This document shows positions 1 through 11,439 of a DNA stretch of 64,000 bases, piece after piece. The first letter of the stretch is position 1; each line of letters begins with the position of its first letter. Both the position numbers and the translations under genes were made by a program. Origin of the DNA: an uncultured Actinomycetes bacterium (GTDB taxonomy: Bacteria; Actinomycetota; Thermoleophilia; RBG-16-64-13); contig CAVPLM010000005.1 in assembly GCA_963706025.1 (NCBI GenBank), positions 480,001 through 544,000 of the forward strand. Reading direction: 5' to 3'. Below the pieces are notes generated by a model, which saw only the letters and a program-made list of their open reading frames with translations, had not been told where the DNA came from and searched no databases.

Positions 1-467
1 GGATCTGTGCGGAGAGCAGCTCATCCGTCAGGCCCGCCTCGCGCTCGCCGGCGGTCTCCCCCACGCATACGATCGGAAGCAGTCCCTCGTTCAGAGCCGC
101 CCGCACCTTCCGGGAGACCCAATCGTCGGTCTCGCCGAAGTACTGACGACGCTCGGAATGGCCGATGATGACGCCCTTCACCCCCAGATCGACCAGCATG
201 CCCGGCGCCACCTCACCCGTATAGGCGCCTTCCGTCTCCCAGAATACGTCCTGGGCTGCCACGATGATGCCAGTGCCGGCGGCCGCCTTCACCGCCTCGG
301 AGAGGCCGGTGAACGGCGGCGCCACCACCACCTCGCGGCCTTTCAACGACGCCCAGTCGAACGGCGAGGGCCTTCACGAACGCCGCGCCCTCGTCGCTGG
401 TCTTGTACATCTTCCAGTTGCCGGCGATAAGCGGCACCCGCGCCGGGCCGCCAGCCTGTCCGGCCAT
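1..467 (-). CDS. tpiA: triosephosphate isomerase (runs off the window start; apparent +1 frameshift near 352-356)
   Basis: N-terminus RVPLIAGNWKMYK; after a one-base shift the frame continues EVVVAPPFTGL..AQDVFWETEGAYTGEVAPGML..IIGHSERRQYFGETD..PIVCVGE; ATG overlaps the pgk TGA (TGATG). Confidence 0.93.
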
Positions 468-1657
468 CAGGTCTGTTCCCGGTCGGGAAGTGCGACCACG
501 CCCGGCAGCGCCGCGCCTTCGAGGAGTTCGAGCGCAGCCCCTCCGCCCATGGACACGTGATCCATCTGCTCCGCCAAGCCGAACTTGTTGAGGGCCGCGA
601 CCGAATCGCCACCACCGACGATCGTGACTGCCGAACTTGCGGCCATGGCTTCCGCCACCGCCCGGGTGCCGGCCGCGAAGGGGGCCATTTCGAACACACC
701 CATCGGGCCGTTCCAGAAGACTTCTCCCGCCTCCCCTATCGCAGCGGCGTAGGCCGCAGCCGTCCGCGGGCCGATATCGACCCCCATCCAGCCCTCGGGG
801 ATAGCGTCCACGCCCACGATCCGGGTGGCAGCATCCTCGGCGAAAGCGTCCGCCACCAACACGTCTTCCGGCAGGACCAACTCGCAGCGCCCGCCGGCGG
901 CTTTCTTCAAGGACGCCGCCGCCACCGGGACGCCTTCCTCCTCGACCTTGGACGCGCCGACGGCCAGGCCCTTCGCCTTCAGGAAGGCAAAACTCATCGC
1001 TCCACCGATCAGCACCTTATCCGCCAGGTCGAGGAACCGATCGATCACCTTGATCTTGTCGGTCACTTTGGCTCCGCCCAGGATCACCAGGAACGGTCTC
1101 CGTGGAGCCGCCAACAAGCCTTCCAGGGCCGCCAGTTCCTTTTCCATCTGCAATCCGGCTACCGCCGGCAGGACCGCCGCCAGACCGGCAGTGGTGGCGT
1201 GGGCCCGGTGGGCGGCACTGAAGGCGTCGTTCACGTATAGGTCGCCCAGGCACGCCAGCTGCTTCACGAGAGCAGGATCGTTCTTCTTCTCGCGGGGATC
1301 GAAGCGGGAGTTCTCCAAGAGCAGGACGTCCCCGGACTCCATGGTCGCCACGGCAGCCTCCACTCCGGGCCCCGAGAGCTCGCTCATCTTGCGCACGGGC
1401 GCCGACAGCAGTCGCGCCAGACGCATCGCCACCGGGTCGAGCTGCAAGGCAGCGTCGGGCCCGTCTTTGGGCCGGCCCAGGTGTGACATGAGGATGACCC
1501 GGCAGCCCTGCTCCCTCAGATACCGGATGGTCGGCAGGGCCGCCCTTATCCGAGTATCGTCGGTCACAAACCCATCCTTCAGGGGGACGTTGAAGTCCAC
1601 GCGCACGAGTACCCGTTTGCCGGCAACGTCGACATCGTGGACGGTCTTCTTGGCCAT
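467..1657 (-). CDS. pgk: phosphoglycerate kinase
   Basis: RVDFNVP, SHLGRP, NDAFSAAHRAHA, GGAKVTDK, WNGPMGVFE, GGGDS motifs; gap-pgk-tpi order. Confidence 0.98.
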   Translation of the reverse strand: MAKKTVHDVDVAGKRVLVRVDFNVPLKDGFVTDDTRIRAALPTIRYLREQGCRVILMSHLGRPKDGPDAALQLDPVAMRLARLLSAPVRKMSELSGPGVEAAVATMESGDVLLLENSRFDPREKKNDPALVKQLACLGDLYVNDAFSAAHRAHATTAGLAAVLPAVAGLQMEKELAALEGLLAAPRRPFLVILGGAKVTDKIKVIDRFLDLADKVLIGGAMSFAFLKAKGLAVGASKVEEEGVPVAAASLKKAAGGRCELVLPEDVLVADAFAEDAATRIVGVDAIPEGWMGVDIGPRTAAAYAAAIGEAGEVFWNGPMGVFEMAPFAAGTRAVAEAMAASSAVTIVGGGDSVAALNKFGLAEQMDHVSMGGGAALELLEGAALPGVVALPDREQT

Positions 1658-1681
1658 GACGCGCCCTTTCCCGTAACCTCT

Positions 1682-2692
<1,011 letters not shown>

Positions 2693-2719
2693 TTAAGTCG
2701 ACGATTCCCGAACCCTCCG

Positions 2720-3700
2720 TCAGCGAACGCGCATCTTACCACAAGCCCTCTGGCCCTCTGCTCGCTCCGCGGCTTGGACCAAGCGTCGCAGCCGGTGATT
2801 CACCGCGGACCGGGAGAGGCCCTCCCCACCCGCTTCTGCCAGCTCCGACAGGTTCATGTACGGAAAGCGCAGGCGCAGTTCCGCGACCTCGCGCAGAGCC
2901 GGCGACAACGTGGCGTACCGTCCCGTTCGCTCCAGAGCGGCCACTGCCTCCATCTGCCGCGCTGCCGCCGCACCGGTCCGACGCAGATTGGCAGAGTCGC
3001 AGTTGGCCAGGCGATTAGCACGGGACCGCACTTCCTTGACCACCGCCTGCTCCTCCAACAGCAGGGCCGACTCCTGCGCTCCCGCAAGAGCCAACAGACC
3101 GGCCACGTCGTCTCTGCCCTTGAGATATACCACGAAACTTCCCCGCCGGAACCTCTGCCCCGGATGGAAGTGTATGTCACGCAGTAGACGCAAGAGATCC
3201 TCGGCGAACACCTGGTGGGGTGTGACTATCTCCAGATGGGCTTCCCTCTGTGGCGAATTGGCCGAACCGGCTCCGATCAGACACCCGCGGAGAAAGGCTC
3301 CTCTACAACAGCTCTTCTTCACCAACCGCCTAGCGATGCCGGGTTGAAGCTGGAAACCGTCGCTCAATACCCCCATCTCGTTGAGCGCCTGCAGGGCGGA
3401 GGGCGAGCCCTTCAGGTGAAGCTCATAAACCAATCGGTGCCGGAAGCGAGGCTCTCTCCGGGTAAGCAGTTCCCCTTCCGCCCCATAGGCTTTGAACTGC
3501 GAGAAAGCCATTTTCGCGGCTGCCTGCACGGTCGTGGAGAGGTGTATCTCGTAGCGGTCCGTTTCAGCGACACCCCCCCTGATCAGAAAGGACCCGGCCG
3601 TGTGCATCAGACCGGCCAATGCGGCCATACGGCAACACGGCTGCCGTTCTTCGGCGCGCGCAAGCTCCTCCCGAAAGGCGCGGGTGAACCCAGCGGCCAT
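2720..3700 (-). CDS. whiA: DNA-binding protein WhiA
   Basis: CCRGAFLRGCLIGAGS, HLEI, ANRLANCDSANL, SRSAVNHRLRRL; downstream of rapZ. Confidence 0.93.
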   Translation of the reverse strand: MAAGFTRAFREELARAEERQPCCRMAALAGLMHTAGSFLIRGGVAETDRYEIHLSTTVQAAAKMAFSQFKAYGAEGELLTRREPRFRHRLVYELHLKGSPSALQALNEMGVLSDGFQLQPGIARRLVKKSCCRGAFLRGCLIGAGSANSPQREAHLEIVTPHQVFAEDLLRLLRDIHFHPGQRFRRGSFVVYLKGRDDVAGLLALAGAQESALLLEEQAVVKEVRSRANRLANCDSANLRRTGAAAARQMEAVAALERTGRYATLSPALREVAELRLRFPYMNLSELAEAGGEGLSRSAVNHRLRRLVQAAERAEGQRACGKMRVR

Positions 3701-3702
3701 GC

Positions 3703-4581
3703 TCAGACCGTCCGCTCGATATCCCTGTGAGACACGCTGATGACCACACCTGGATCATCCTTGAACCTTCGGGCCAGCTCCTCTACCAACACTACCGACC
3801 GATGCCGTCCGCCCGTACAACCGATAGCCAGGACCAGCCGTCGTTTCTGTTCGGACAGGAAACGCGGGCCCAGGAACCGCACGAGGTCGACGACCGCGTC
3901 GAGGAAGTGCCCGGCCCCCTCCAGCCCTAATACGTACCGCATCAGCGGCTCGTCCAGACCGCTTGACGCACACAGCTCGGGGACCCAGTGCGGATTGGGC
4001 AAGAAGCGGGAGTCCAACACGATGTCCGCTTCGTCGGGGAGCCCGAACTTGTAGCCGAAGGAAACGAGACTCACCAACAGCTCGTTACTCAACTGCTCGG
4101 CCAGCAGCGTCTCTTCCAGTCGTCTACGGAGCTCGCGGGGGGACATCCCCGTCGTGTCGATCACCAGGTCGGCCTGCCCGCGCAGGGTGGACAGCAGCAG
4201 CCGCTCGCGCTCGATCCCCTGGACGGAACTCGAGCGGGAGAGAGGATGTGGCCTTCTGGTCGCCTGATAGCGAGCCACCAGAGCCTCCTCAGAAGCCTCC
4301 AGGTACAGCAGGCGGTAGGAAACGCCCGACTCTCGCAGGTAGTCGAGGGATTGGCCCAGCTGCTCGAAGTAAGTGCGTGCACGCACATCGAAGACCAGAG
4401 CCACTCGGTCGACGCGGCTGCCTTCGAGACTGAAGAGTTCCACTACCCGGGGCAACATCTGCGGCGGGAGGTTATCGATGCAGAAGTAGCCCATATCTTC
4501 AAAGGTGGCGACCGCCTCCGATTTGCCTGCACCGGACAGCCCGGTGATCACAGTCAGTTGTAGCCGGCGTGCCTCGTTCAT
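3703..4581 (-). CDS. rapZ: RNase adapter RapZ/YvcJ family P-loop protein
   Basis: TGLSGAGKS, CIDNLP, TRRPHPL, SFGYKFG, RFLPNPHW, GCTGGRHRSV. Confidence 0.96.
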   Translation of the reverse strand: MNEARRLQLTVITGLSGAGKSEAVATFEDMGYFCIDNLPPQMLPRVVELFSLEGSRVDRVALVFDVRARTYFEQLGQSLDYLRESGVSYRLLYLEASEEALVARYQATRRPHPLSRSSSVQGIERERLLLSTLRGQADLVIDTTGMSPRELRRRLEETLLAEQLSNELLVSLVSFGYKFGLPDEADIVLDSRFLPNPHWVPELCASSGLDEPLMRYVLGLEGAGHFLDAVVDLVRFLGPRFLSEQKRRLVLAIGCTGGRHRSVVLVEELARRFKDDPGVVISVSHRDIERTV

Positions 4582-5141
4582 CTCTTCTCTGCCTCTGAAG
4601 TAAGGACGCCCGCCCGCTCATGGGCCAGCAGGCGGCCTTTCCACGCAGGGTCGTCGCCGTAGTTGCCCAAGCTGCCATCCGCGCGGATGACCCGATGGCA
4701 GGGAACGACCACGGGGATCGGGTTCGCCGCCATGACGTTGCCGACCGCCCGGGCGGCTCGGGGGTATCCGGCCATCTCGGCCAACTCACCGTAGGCCACC
4801 GTGGCTCCAGCAGGGATCGAAAGCAAGGCCACGTACACCGCGTGTTCGAAGGGGCCCAGGGAGAGCGCTTCTAGAGGGACCTCCTCCGCGCTCCAGGCGA
4901 GACGCTCCCCTCGGAAGTAAGCCTCCAACTCGGCCGCCCAGAGCTCCAAAGCCGCCTGGTCGGCCGCCTGGTAGGCAGGCGAAGCCTCACGAGCCTCTGC
5001 CCGCCCTTCGACGGATACCGCCGGCTCGCCCGCGGATCCCGGCGCTCCCGGCAACTCCACGGCCACCAGCTTCCCCCGGCTCACCCATACCGACCCCGCG
5101 CCCCAGGGCGTTTGGTACCGACTAACCCGTCTTGTGGACAT
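4578..5141 (-). CDS. ogt: methylated-DNA--protein-cysteine methyltransferase
   Basis: YGELA, AARAVG, NPIPVVVPCHRV active-site motif. Confidence 0.93.
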   Translation of the reverse strand: MSTRRVSRYQTPWGAGSVWVSRGKLVAVELPGAPGSAGEPAVSVEGRAEAREASPAYQAADQAALELWAAELEAYFRGERLAWSAEEVPLEALSLGPFEHAVYVALLSIPAGATVAYGELAEMAGYPRAARAVGNVMAANPIPVVVPCHRVIRADGSLGNYGDDPAWKGRLLAHERAGVLTSEAEKR

Positions 5142-6990
5142 ACGCGTATATCTCCCTCGCCACTTTGCCGGGCAGCCCCGGCACGGCCTCGAGTTCCTCC
5201 CTGGTCGCCTCTAGGAAACGCTCCGGAGAGCCGAAATGCTGAACTATGGCTTGCTTCCGCCTGGCCCCGACTCCAGGGAGCTGGTCCAGAAGTGATGTTG
5301 TGGCCTGGGCCGCCCGCTTGCCTCGGTGGAAGCCGAGGGCAAAACGATGGGCCTCGTCTCGGACCCTCTGCAGGAGGAGAAGACCGGGGTCGTCCGCGCC
5401 CAGATCGAGCGGAGCGGGGGACCAGGGGACGAACACCTCCTCCTCCCTCTTTGCGAGGGATATGGCGGTGACCGCGTCCCCTAACCCTAGCTCTCGCAGG
5501 GCCCCCACTGCCGCCCCCAGCTGTCCCTTGCCCCCGTCGACCACCACCAGGTCCGGCACGGCTTCGAAAGACGGATCGTACCGTCCTTCGGTCTTTTCGC
5601 CGCTCCATGTGAAGCGACGCAGCAACGCCTCCCGCATGGCCCCCACGTCGTCCGGTCCCTGGGTCGAGTTTATGGCGAACTTCCGGTAGTCGGACTTCTT
5701 CGGCATCCCTCCTTCGAACACGACCATGGAGGCCACGGTGTTCTCAGCTCCGAGGTTGGATACGTCGAAGCCCTCGATCCGCACGGGGATTCCTTCAAGC
5801 CCCAGGCGCTCCTCCAAGGAAGTCAGGGCTCCATACCTCCGTTCGCGACTGCGCTCCTCCAGGAGTCGCTCGTGCGCCAAAGCCAGGCCGGCGTTGCGGT
5901 CGGCCAACTCCTGCAGCCGTCGCTTGTCGCCCCGCTCCGCCTGCCTGACCTCGATCTTCGTCCCCCGAAGCGTCTGCAGGAAGTCGGAGAGGCTTGCGGT
6001 GTCCTCGATCCCTCCCGGAACGATCAGTTCCGCGGGAAGAGTCAGCGCAGACCCGTAGTACTCGGCCACGAAACGCTCATAGACCTCTTGTTCCGTAGCT
6101 CCCTCGACGTTGACCAGCGTCAGGCTACGCCGATCGGCCAGCTTGCCGTCCCTGGTGATGAAAACCTGAACGTTCGCTCCCCAGCCGTCCATCGCCATGC
6201 CGGTGACGTCCGCCGATCTCAGGGAACTCGATTCGATCCGTTGCCGTTCCAGAACGTGATTCAGGGCTTCCAACCGGTCACGGAAAACCGCAGCACTCTC
6301 AAAATCTTGGTTGCCTGCCGCCTCCTGCATCGACAGCTGCAACTGCGCCACCACCTGGGTCTCCCGCCCGCTCAAGAAGTCCACCACCTGGCTCACGACG
6401 GCCCTGTAATCGGCCGCGTCCACCGTTCCCATGCACGGACCGGGGCAGCGCTGGATATGGAACTGCAGGCAGGGAGAGCCGCTCCGCCTACCCGGCTGCG
6501 GGCCGCGGCAGGCCCGGACCGGGAACACCCGCCCGAGCACGTCCAGAGTCTCGCGCACCTTCGCGGCGCTCGCGAACGGACCGAAGTACAGGTTCCCGCG
6601 CCGGTGCTGCTGCCGCGTGAACATCACCCGCGGGAACTCGTCCTCAGCGGTGACGAGTATGTACGGGTAGGACTTATCGTCACGAAGGCGGATATTGAAC
6701 TGAGGCCGGTGTTGCTTGATGAGGTTGTGCTCCAGCAGAAGCGCCTCCACTTCGCTGGTGGTGGCGATCCATTCGACCGTGGCCGCCCGACCCACCATCT
6801 CGGCCATTCGGGCCGGAGCCCGGCTGCCGTTCCTCCCCTCCACGGCAGGCAAGTAGCCGGCCAGTCGCTTTCTGAGCGAGAGCGCCTTGCCCACGTACAA
6901 CACCTCGCCGGCCTCATCCCGGTATAGGTAGACGCCCGGTACGTCGGGGGCGTGCTTGATCTGATGACGGAGTTCTTCGGTCGCGCTCAT
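5122..6990 (-). CDS. uvrC: excinuclease ABC subunit C
   Basis: PGVYLY..LYVGKALSLRKR GIY-YIG domain, RDDKSYPYI, IEGFDVSN, DGGKGQL, RDEAHRFA, HhH C-terminus; start set to ATG 6990 behind a -10 box. Confidence 0.96.
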   Translation of the reverse strand: MSATEELRHQIKHAPDVPGVYLYRDEAGEVLYVGKALSLRKRLAGYLPAVEGRNGSRAPARMAEMVGRAATVEWIATTSEVEALLLEHNLIKQHRPQFNIRLRDDKSYPYILVTAEDEFPRVMFTRQQHRRGNLYFGPFASAAKVRETLDVLGRVFPVRACRGPQPGRRSGSPCLQFHIQRCPGPCMGTVDAADYRAVVSQVVDFLSGRETQVVAQLQLSMQEAAGNQDFESAAVFRDRLEALNHVLERQRIESSSLRSADVTGMAMDGWGANVQVFITRDGKLADRRSLTLVNVEGATEQEVYERFVAEYYGSALTLPAELIVPGGIEDTASLSDFLQTLRGTKIEVRQAERGDKRRLQELADRNAGLALAHERLLEERSRERRYGALTSLEERLGLEGIPVRIEGFDVSNLGAENTVASMVVFEGGMPKKSDYRKFAINSTQGPDDVGAMREALLRRFTWSGEKTEGRYDPSFEAVPDLVVVDGGKGQLGAAVGALRELGLGDAVTAISLAKREEEVFVPWSPAPLDLGADDPGLLLLQRVRDEAHRFALGFHRGKRAAQATTSLLDQLPGVGARRKQAIVQHFGSPERFLEATREELEAVPGLPGKVAREIYAYVHKTG

Positions 6991-7162
6991 ATGGGTCAAG
7001 TGTACCCCACCCCCTGCGCGAAGCTGCGTCGACCGGGGTACAGCCGCCCCTGGCGTCGCGGGGAGCCGCGAGAGGGACGGGAAGCACCCCATGTTATACT
7101 TTCGCGCCTACGGCTCCGCTCTCTCACGACCATGCATTCGAACATATCCGTTGGGGGTGACA

Positions 7163-8791
7163 GTGGCACTGGCAGGATTACCGCTCGAAGAACGGCAGAT
7201 GATCCTCGATCTGCTTTCACAGCTCCGTCAGCGGCTGTTGACGCCCGAGAAGATCCGTGGGTACGATCAGGACGAGATCTTCCCAGAGGACGTCATCCGG
7301 GAATTGCTCGGACCCAATATCGGCCTACAGTTGCTCTTCATACCCGAAGAATATGGCGGTCTGGGCGGTGGAGCCCGCGACATAGCGGCGGTCTCGGAGG
7401 AACTGGCGAAGATCTGCCTCGGAGTCGGCACTGCGTTTCTGGCGATCCACCTGGGAGCCGATCCGATCCTGGTAGGCGCGACCGACGCCCAGAAACAGAA
7501 GTGGCTCACCAGACTCGCTGAAGACGGCGCGATCGTCGCCTATGCCGTCACCGAACCGGAAGCCGGAAGCAATCTCGCCAGTCTCAAGACGTCGGCCACT
7601 CCTGTCCTTGATGACCAAGGCGTGATCACCGGCTATAGGATCAACGGTACCAAGCAATTCATCTCCAACGGCAGCTTCGCCGACTTCCTGACCGTCCTTG
7701 CCCAGGCACCGGAGGGGCCGACCTTCTTCATCGTCGAGAAGAACATGAGTGGGTTCACACCCGGCAAACCTGAAGAGAAGCACGGAATCAGGTGTTCGAA
7801 CACCGCATCCCTGACCTTCGACGACGTCTTCGTTCCCATCGACAATCTAGTCGGTGGCATCCCAGGAAAGGGTTTAGCACAAGCCAATCAGGTCTTTGGA
7901 TACACCCGGCTGATGGTCGCGGCGTTCGGTCTAGGAGCCGCTGTCGCTGCGCTTGAGAAGGTGATCCCTTACGCGAAGCAGCGGATCCAATTCGGTTCCC
8001 CGCTGATTGAGAAACAGGGCTACACCCACAAATTGATCGTACCGTTCGTTGCGAAGCTCGAAGCCGCCCGCGCCTACATCGAAGAAGTCGCTGCTAGGTT
8101 AGATGCCGGCGAGACAGATCTCCAAGTAGAAGGTTCACTGGCAAAACTCTATACGACGGAAGTGGCCAATGCCTGTGCCGACGCCGCGATCCAGGCGCTC
8201 GGGGGCTACGGATACACCAGGGAGTACGACGTCGAGAAGATAAAGCGGGATGTGAAGATCACCACTATCTACGAAGGAACCAGCGAGATCCAGCAGATGA
8301 TCATAAGCACGTTCAGATGGCGGACTTCGGTCTCGTCGAAAGGCGCCTTCTACGAATCCTTGGCCCAGCAGATGGACGCGGTGCATCACGAACACGGCGA
8401 TCTGAAAGCCGACGCGTTTGCCGGCATCTTGCGTCTGTTGAATCGTCTCTTCGAAGAGGTCCATAGGACGAAGGCGACCCGCCAGCAGCACGTCATGTTT
8501 CAGATGGCCACCCTGGCCTCGCTAGCGGAGACCGGCGCCGCCTTGATCAGCAAGGCCGCCCGGGGCGACGGTTTCACGCCTGAAAAGGCCGCCTATCTGA
8601 AGCAGTGCGCGCGAATAGATGCCGCCTTGTCTGCGCAGAGCGCGTTCGCCATCGCAAACGAGGTTCTGCTTGGCTCAGGACTGTGGGCGCCTTCGGAGGC
8701 CGATGCGATTCTGGAGTCGGCGGGATTCGACTACCAGGCCTCGCAGGCTGGTCTGATCTCGGATATGGACGCTCTGCGAACGATGATCTGA
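7163..8791 (+). CDS. acyl-CoA dehydrogenase family protein with C-terminal extension
   Basis: AYAVTEPEAGS, INGTKQFISNG, EEKHGIR, RIQFGSPL, QALGGYGYTREY, IYEGTSEIQ; GTG start after GGGGGTGA (start approximate). Confidence 0.9.
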   Translation: MALAGLPLEERQMILDLLSQLRQRLLTPEKIRGYDQDEIFPEDVIRELLGPNIGLQLLFIPEEYGGLGGGARDIAAVSEELAKICLGVGTAFLAIHLGADPILVGATDAQKQKWLTRLAEDGAIVAYAVTEPEAGSNLASLKTSATPVLDDQGVITGYRINGTKQFISNGSFADFLTVLAQAPEGPTFFIVEKNMSGFTPGKPEEKHGIRCSNTASLTFDDVFVPIDNLVGGIPGKGLAQANQVFGYTRLMVAAFGLGAAVAALEKVIPYAKQRIQFGSPLIEKQGYTHKLIVPFVAKLEAARAYIEEVAARLDAGETDLQVEGSLAKLYTTEVANACADAAIQALGGYGYTREYDVEKIKRDVKITTIYEGTSEIQQMIISTFRWRTSVSSKGAFYESLAQQMDAVHHEHGDLKADAFAGILRLLNRLFEEVHRTKATRQQHVMFQMATLASLAETGAALISKAARGDGFTPEKAAYLKQCARIDAALSAQSAFAIANEVLLGSGLWAPSEADAILESAGFDYQASQAGLISDMDALRTMI

Positions 8792-8820
8792 AATCGCCTA
8801 TTTCCCATGGGAGCCCTCAG

Positions 8821-9879
8821 ATGAAAGACCTCGCCGCTCTCCTCACGATGTTCGCCGACGCTCACGGCCTCTCCGGCTACGAAGACGAGGTCGCCACCTT
8901 GCTGAGGAGCGAACTGGAGCCGCTGGTCGACGAGGTCCATATCGACAAGATGGGAAATGTCGTCGGCATCCGCGCCGGCGACGGCCCCACCGTCATGGTG
9001 GCCGCTCACATGGACGAGATCGGACTGATGGTCTCCCACATCGATGACGACGGCTACCTGCGGGTCGTGCCCATCGGCGGCTGGTTCGATCAGACCATCC
9101 TCAGCCAGCGGGTCATGGTCCATACGCTGGACGGCAAACGCATCCCAGGGGTCGTCGGCTCCCGGCCGCCTCACCTCATGGACGCCGAAGAGCGCAAGAA
9201 GATGGTCAAGCTTAAGGACATGTTCGTCGACTGTGGTGCCACCAGTGTGGCCAACGCCGGCGAGTTGGGGGTGGAGATCGGCTCCCCCATAACCATCGAC
9301 CGTGAGCTGCGGCGGATGGGCAACGACTTCGTCACCGGCAAGGCCCTCGATAACCGCGCCGGCATCGTGATGATGGTGGGTGCTCTCGAGCGACTCAAAG
9401 GCAAGAAAGTCCGGGCCACAGTGCAGGCGGTGGGGACCGTTCAAGAGGAGACGGGCTTGAAGGGCGCTCGCACGAGCGCCTACGGCCTGAATCCCGATGT
9501 CGCCCTCGCCACCGACGTGACCATCCCCGGCGACCACCCCGGGGTCAGTAGGAACGAAGCCCACGTCGTGGCCGGCAAAGGCCCGGCCATCACCGTCGTC
9601 GACGCGGCCGGTCGAGGCATCATGGCTCCGCGGCCGGTGCTTCGTTGGCTGCGGGACTCGGCGGAGAAGGCCTCCATCCCCTATCAGCTCGAAGTCGGCA
9701 ACGGCGGCAATACCGACGCCACCGCCATCTACATCTCCAGGACCGGCATCCCGTGCAGCGTCATCAGCGTACCGGCGCGCTACATCCATTCTCCTGTAGA
9801 GGTGCTCTCACTGCGCGATCTGGAGCAGGGTGCTGAGCTGATCGCCGCCGCCATCCGGCGGGCGCACGAATACTTCTAG
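8821..9879 (+). CDS. M42 family metallo-aminopeptidase (TET-like)
   Basis: AAHMDEIG, KALDNRAG, VQEETGLKGA, GNTDA, PARYIHSPVE. Confidence 0.93.
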   Translation: MKDLAALLTMFADAHGLSGYEDEVATLLRSELEPLVDEVHIDKMGNVVGIRAGDGPTVMVAAHMDEIGLMVSHIDDDGYLRVVPIGGWFDQTILSQRVMVHTLDGKRIPGVVGSRPPHLMDAEERKKMVKLKDMFVDCGATSVANAGELGVEIGSPITIDRELRRMGNDFVTGKALDNRAGIVMMVGALERLKGKKVRATVQAVGTVQEETGLKGARTSAYGLNPDVALATDVTIPGDHPGVSRNEAHVVAGKGPAITVVDAAGRGIMAPRPVLRWLRDSAEKASIPYQLEVGNGGNTDATAIYISRTGIPCSVISVPARYIHSPVEVLSLRDLEQGAELIAAAIRRAHEYF

Positions 9880-9906
9880 TCCGGGCACGGTGAGAAGGCT
9901 CGAGGA

Positions 9907-10083
9907 TCACTTGATCTTCAGAGCCTCCTCGATCTGTTTGACCTTCTCCGGCCCGAAGTAACCGCAATTACCTTTCTTCTGATCCGGTTCGAGGCCTTCC
10001 TGCTTAATGGTCTTGCTCACCTTGCCCGCCGAGACCCCTAGCTTCTCCGCGATCTTGCCTGCCGTCAGTAGCTCGTCCACCAT
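9907..10083 (-). CDS. small basic helix-turn-helix protein (in-frame internal start within the hflX ORF)
   Basis: GGAGGTG Shine-Dalgarno ahead of ATG 10083; [27 protein letters not shown] resembles a MerR/excisionase-type HTH. Confidence 0.6.
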   Translation of the reverse strand: MVDELLTAGKIAEKLGVSAGKVSKTIKQEGLEPDQKKGNCGYFGPEKVKQIEEALKIK

Positions 10084-11439
10084 TTCGCCACCTCCAGTGC
10101 CCGCTCTGTCCGCGCGTTCGCGCGCCCGCAGAACGCGTTCCCAACTTGCGGCCGCGCTGTGCAACTCTCCAGCCAAGGATGGCGGGACCTTACCCTCCAT
10201 CCGCACGTCCTCGTCCCGGTACTCGAAGACTACGGAGCCGCGCTCTCTTACCCGGGCCATCAGGCTGCCGGCCGAATAGGGCACGAACACATCCACGTCC
10301 AGCCACAGCTCGGCCAAGACCTCTGCCATGAGCGCCCGCAAACCGTCGATACCCATTCCTGTAAGCGCCGACACTCTACGGACGTGCTGATCGTCGCGGC
10401 GAATCACCCCACCGCGGGCTCCCTCACCGCCGGGTGCGGCTTCGACCCGGTCTGCCTTGTTGAGCACCACGATCCGCGGTTTGTGGCCGGCCTCGAGGTC
10501 GTCCAGCACGGCCTGCACGGTGCGCCGGTGCTCCGCCGCATGCCGGTCGGCCAGGTCAACGACCTCCAGCAGGGCGTCCGCCCGGGTCACCTCCTCGAGC
10601 GTGGCCCGGAAAGCCTCCACCAGTTGGTGGGGCAACTTGTGGATGAAACCCACTGTATCGCTCACGATCACGATCTGTCCTTCAGCCAGCCGCACCCGGC
10701 GGGTGGTCGGGTCCAGAGTGGCGAAGAGCATATCCTCGACGGCCGCCGCCTCCTCGCCTACCAGAGCGTTGAGCAGCGTCGACTTCCCTGCGTTGGTGTA
10801 GCCCACGATGGCCACTTTGGGCAGGAGGCGGCGGTCGCGCGCCCGGGCCGCGGTCTCCCGGCGGCCGCGCACCTCCTCCACCCTCTCCCGAGTCTTCTTG
10901 ATGCGCTGTCGGATGACCCGGCGGTCGGTCTCGAGCTGCGTCTCACCCGGCCCGCGCGTGCCGATGCCCCCACCGGTGCGCGACAGGTGGGTCCACAAGC
11001 GGGTCAGGCGGGGCAACTGGTACTCGAGTTGTGCTAACTCCACCTGGATGCGGCCCTCGTGTGTGTGTGCTCGCTGAGCGAAGATATCGAGGATCACCCC
11101 GCTGCGATCGAGCACCTTCACGTCGAGGAGAACCTCCAACGACCGCTGCTGCTTGTAGGACAGCTCGTCGTCCGCCACCAACACAGTGAAACCGGTAGCC
11201 GCCTTGGCCGGCTTCAACTCTTGGGCTTTGCCCGTGCCCACATACCAGGCCGGGTGGATCGATTCCCGCTTCTGCGTAGCCGTGCCCACCACCTCCACGC
11301 CGGCCGTCTCCACCAGCGCCGAGAGCTCCCCGAGCGATTCTTCCGCGCTCCATCCGGCATCGTCACCGCAGTCGACGGCTATCAGGTAGGCCCGCTCTCG
11401 CTCTAACGGCGCGCCGTCAGCACCTCCGCGACTCCTCAT
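9907..11439 (-). CDS. hflX: GTPase HflX, read in frame into a 58-aa basic HTH-like C-terminal domain
   Basis: [45 protein letters not shown]; ATG overlaps the uvrA stop (ATGA). Confidence 0.93.
   Translation of the reverse strand: MRSRGGADGAPLERERAYLIAVDCGDDAGWSAEESLGELSALVETAGVEVVGTATQKRESIHPAWYVGTGKAQELKPAKAATGFTVLVADDELSYKQQRSLEVLLDVKVLDRSGVILDIFAQRAHTHEGRIQVELAQLEYQLPRLTRLWTHLSRTGGGIGTRGPGETQLETDRRVIRQRIKKTRERVEEVRGRRETAARARDRRLLPKVAIVGYTNAGKSTLLNALVGEEAAAVEDMLFATLDPTTRRVRLAEGQIVIVSDTVGFIHKLPHQLVEAFRATLEEVTRADALLEVVDLADRHAAEHRRTVQAVLDDLEAGHKPRIVVLNKADRVEAAPGGEGARGGVIRRDDQHVRRVSALTGMGIDGLRALMAEVLAELWLDVDVFVPYSAGSLMARVRERGSVVFEYRDEDVRMEGKVPPSLAGELHSAAASWERVLRARERADRAGTGGGEMVDELLTAGKIAEKLGVSAGKVSKTIKQEGLEPDQKKGNCGYFGPEKVKQIEEALKIK

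Noticed and set aside
440-500. Thermotoga-style programmed PGK-TPI frameshift fusion
   Set aside because: pgk ends in a normal TGA overlapping the tpiA ATG, and no slippery run is visible at the junction
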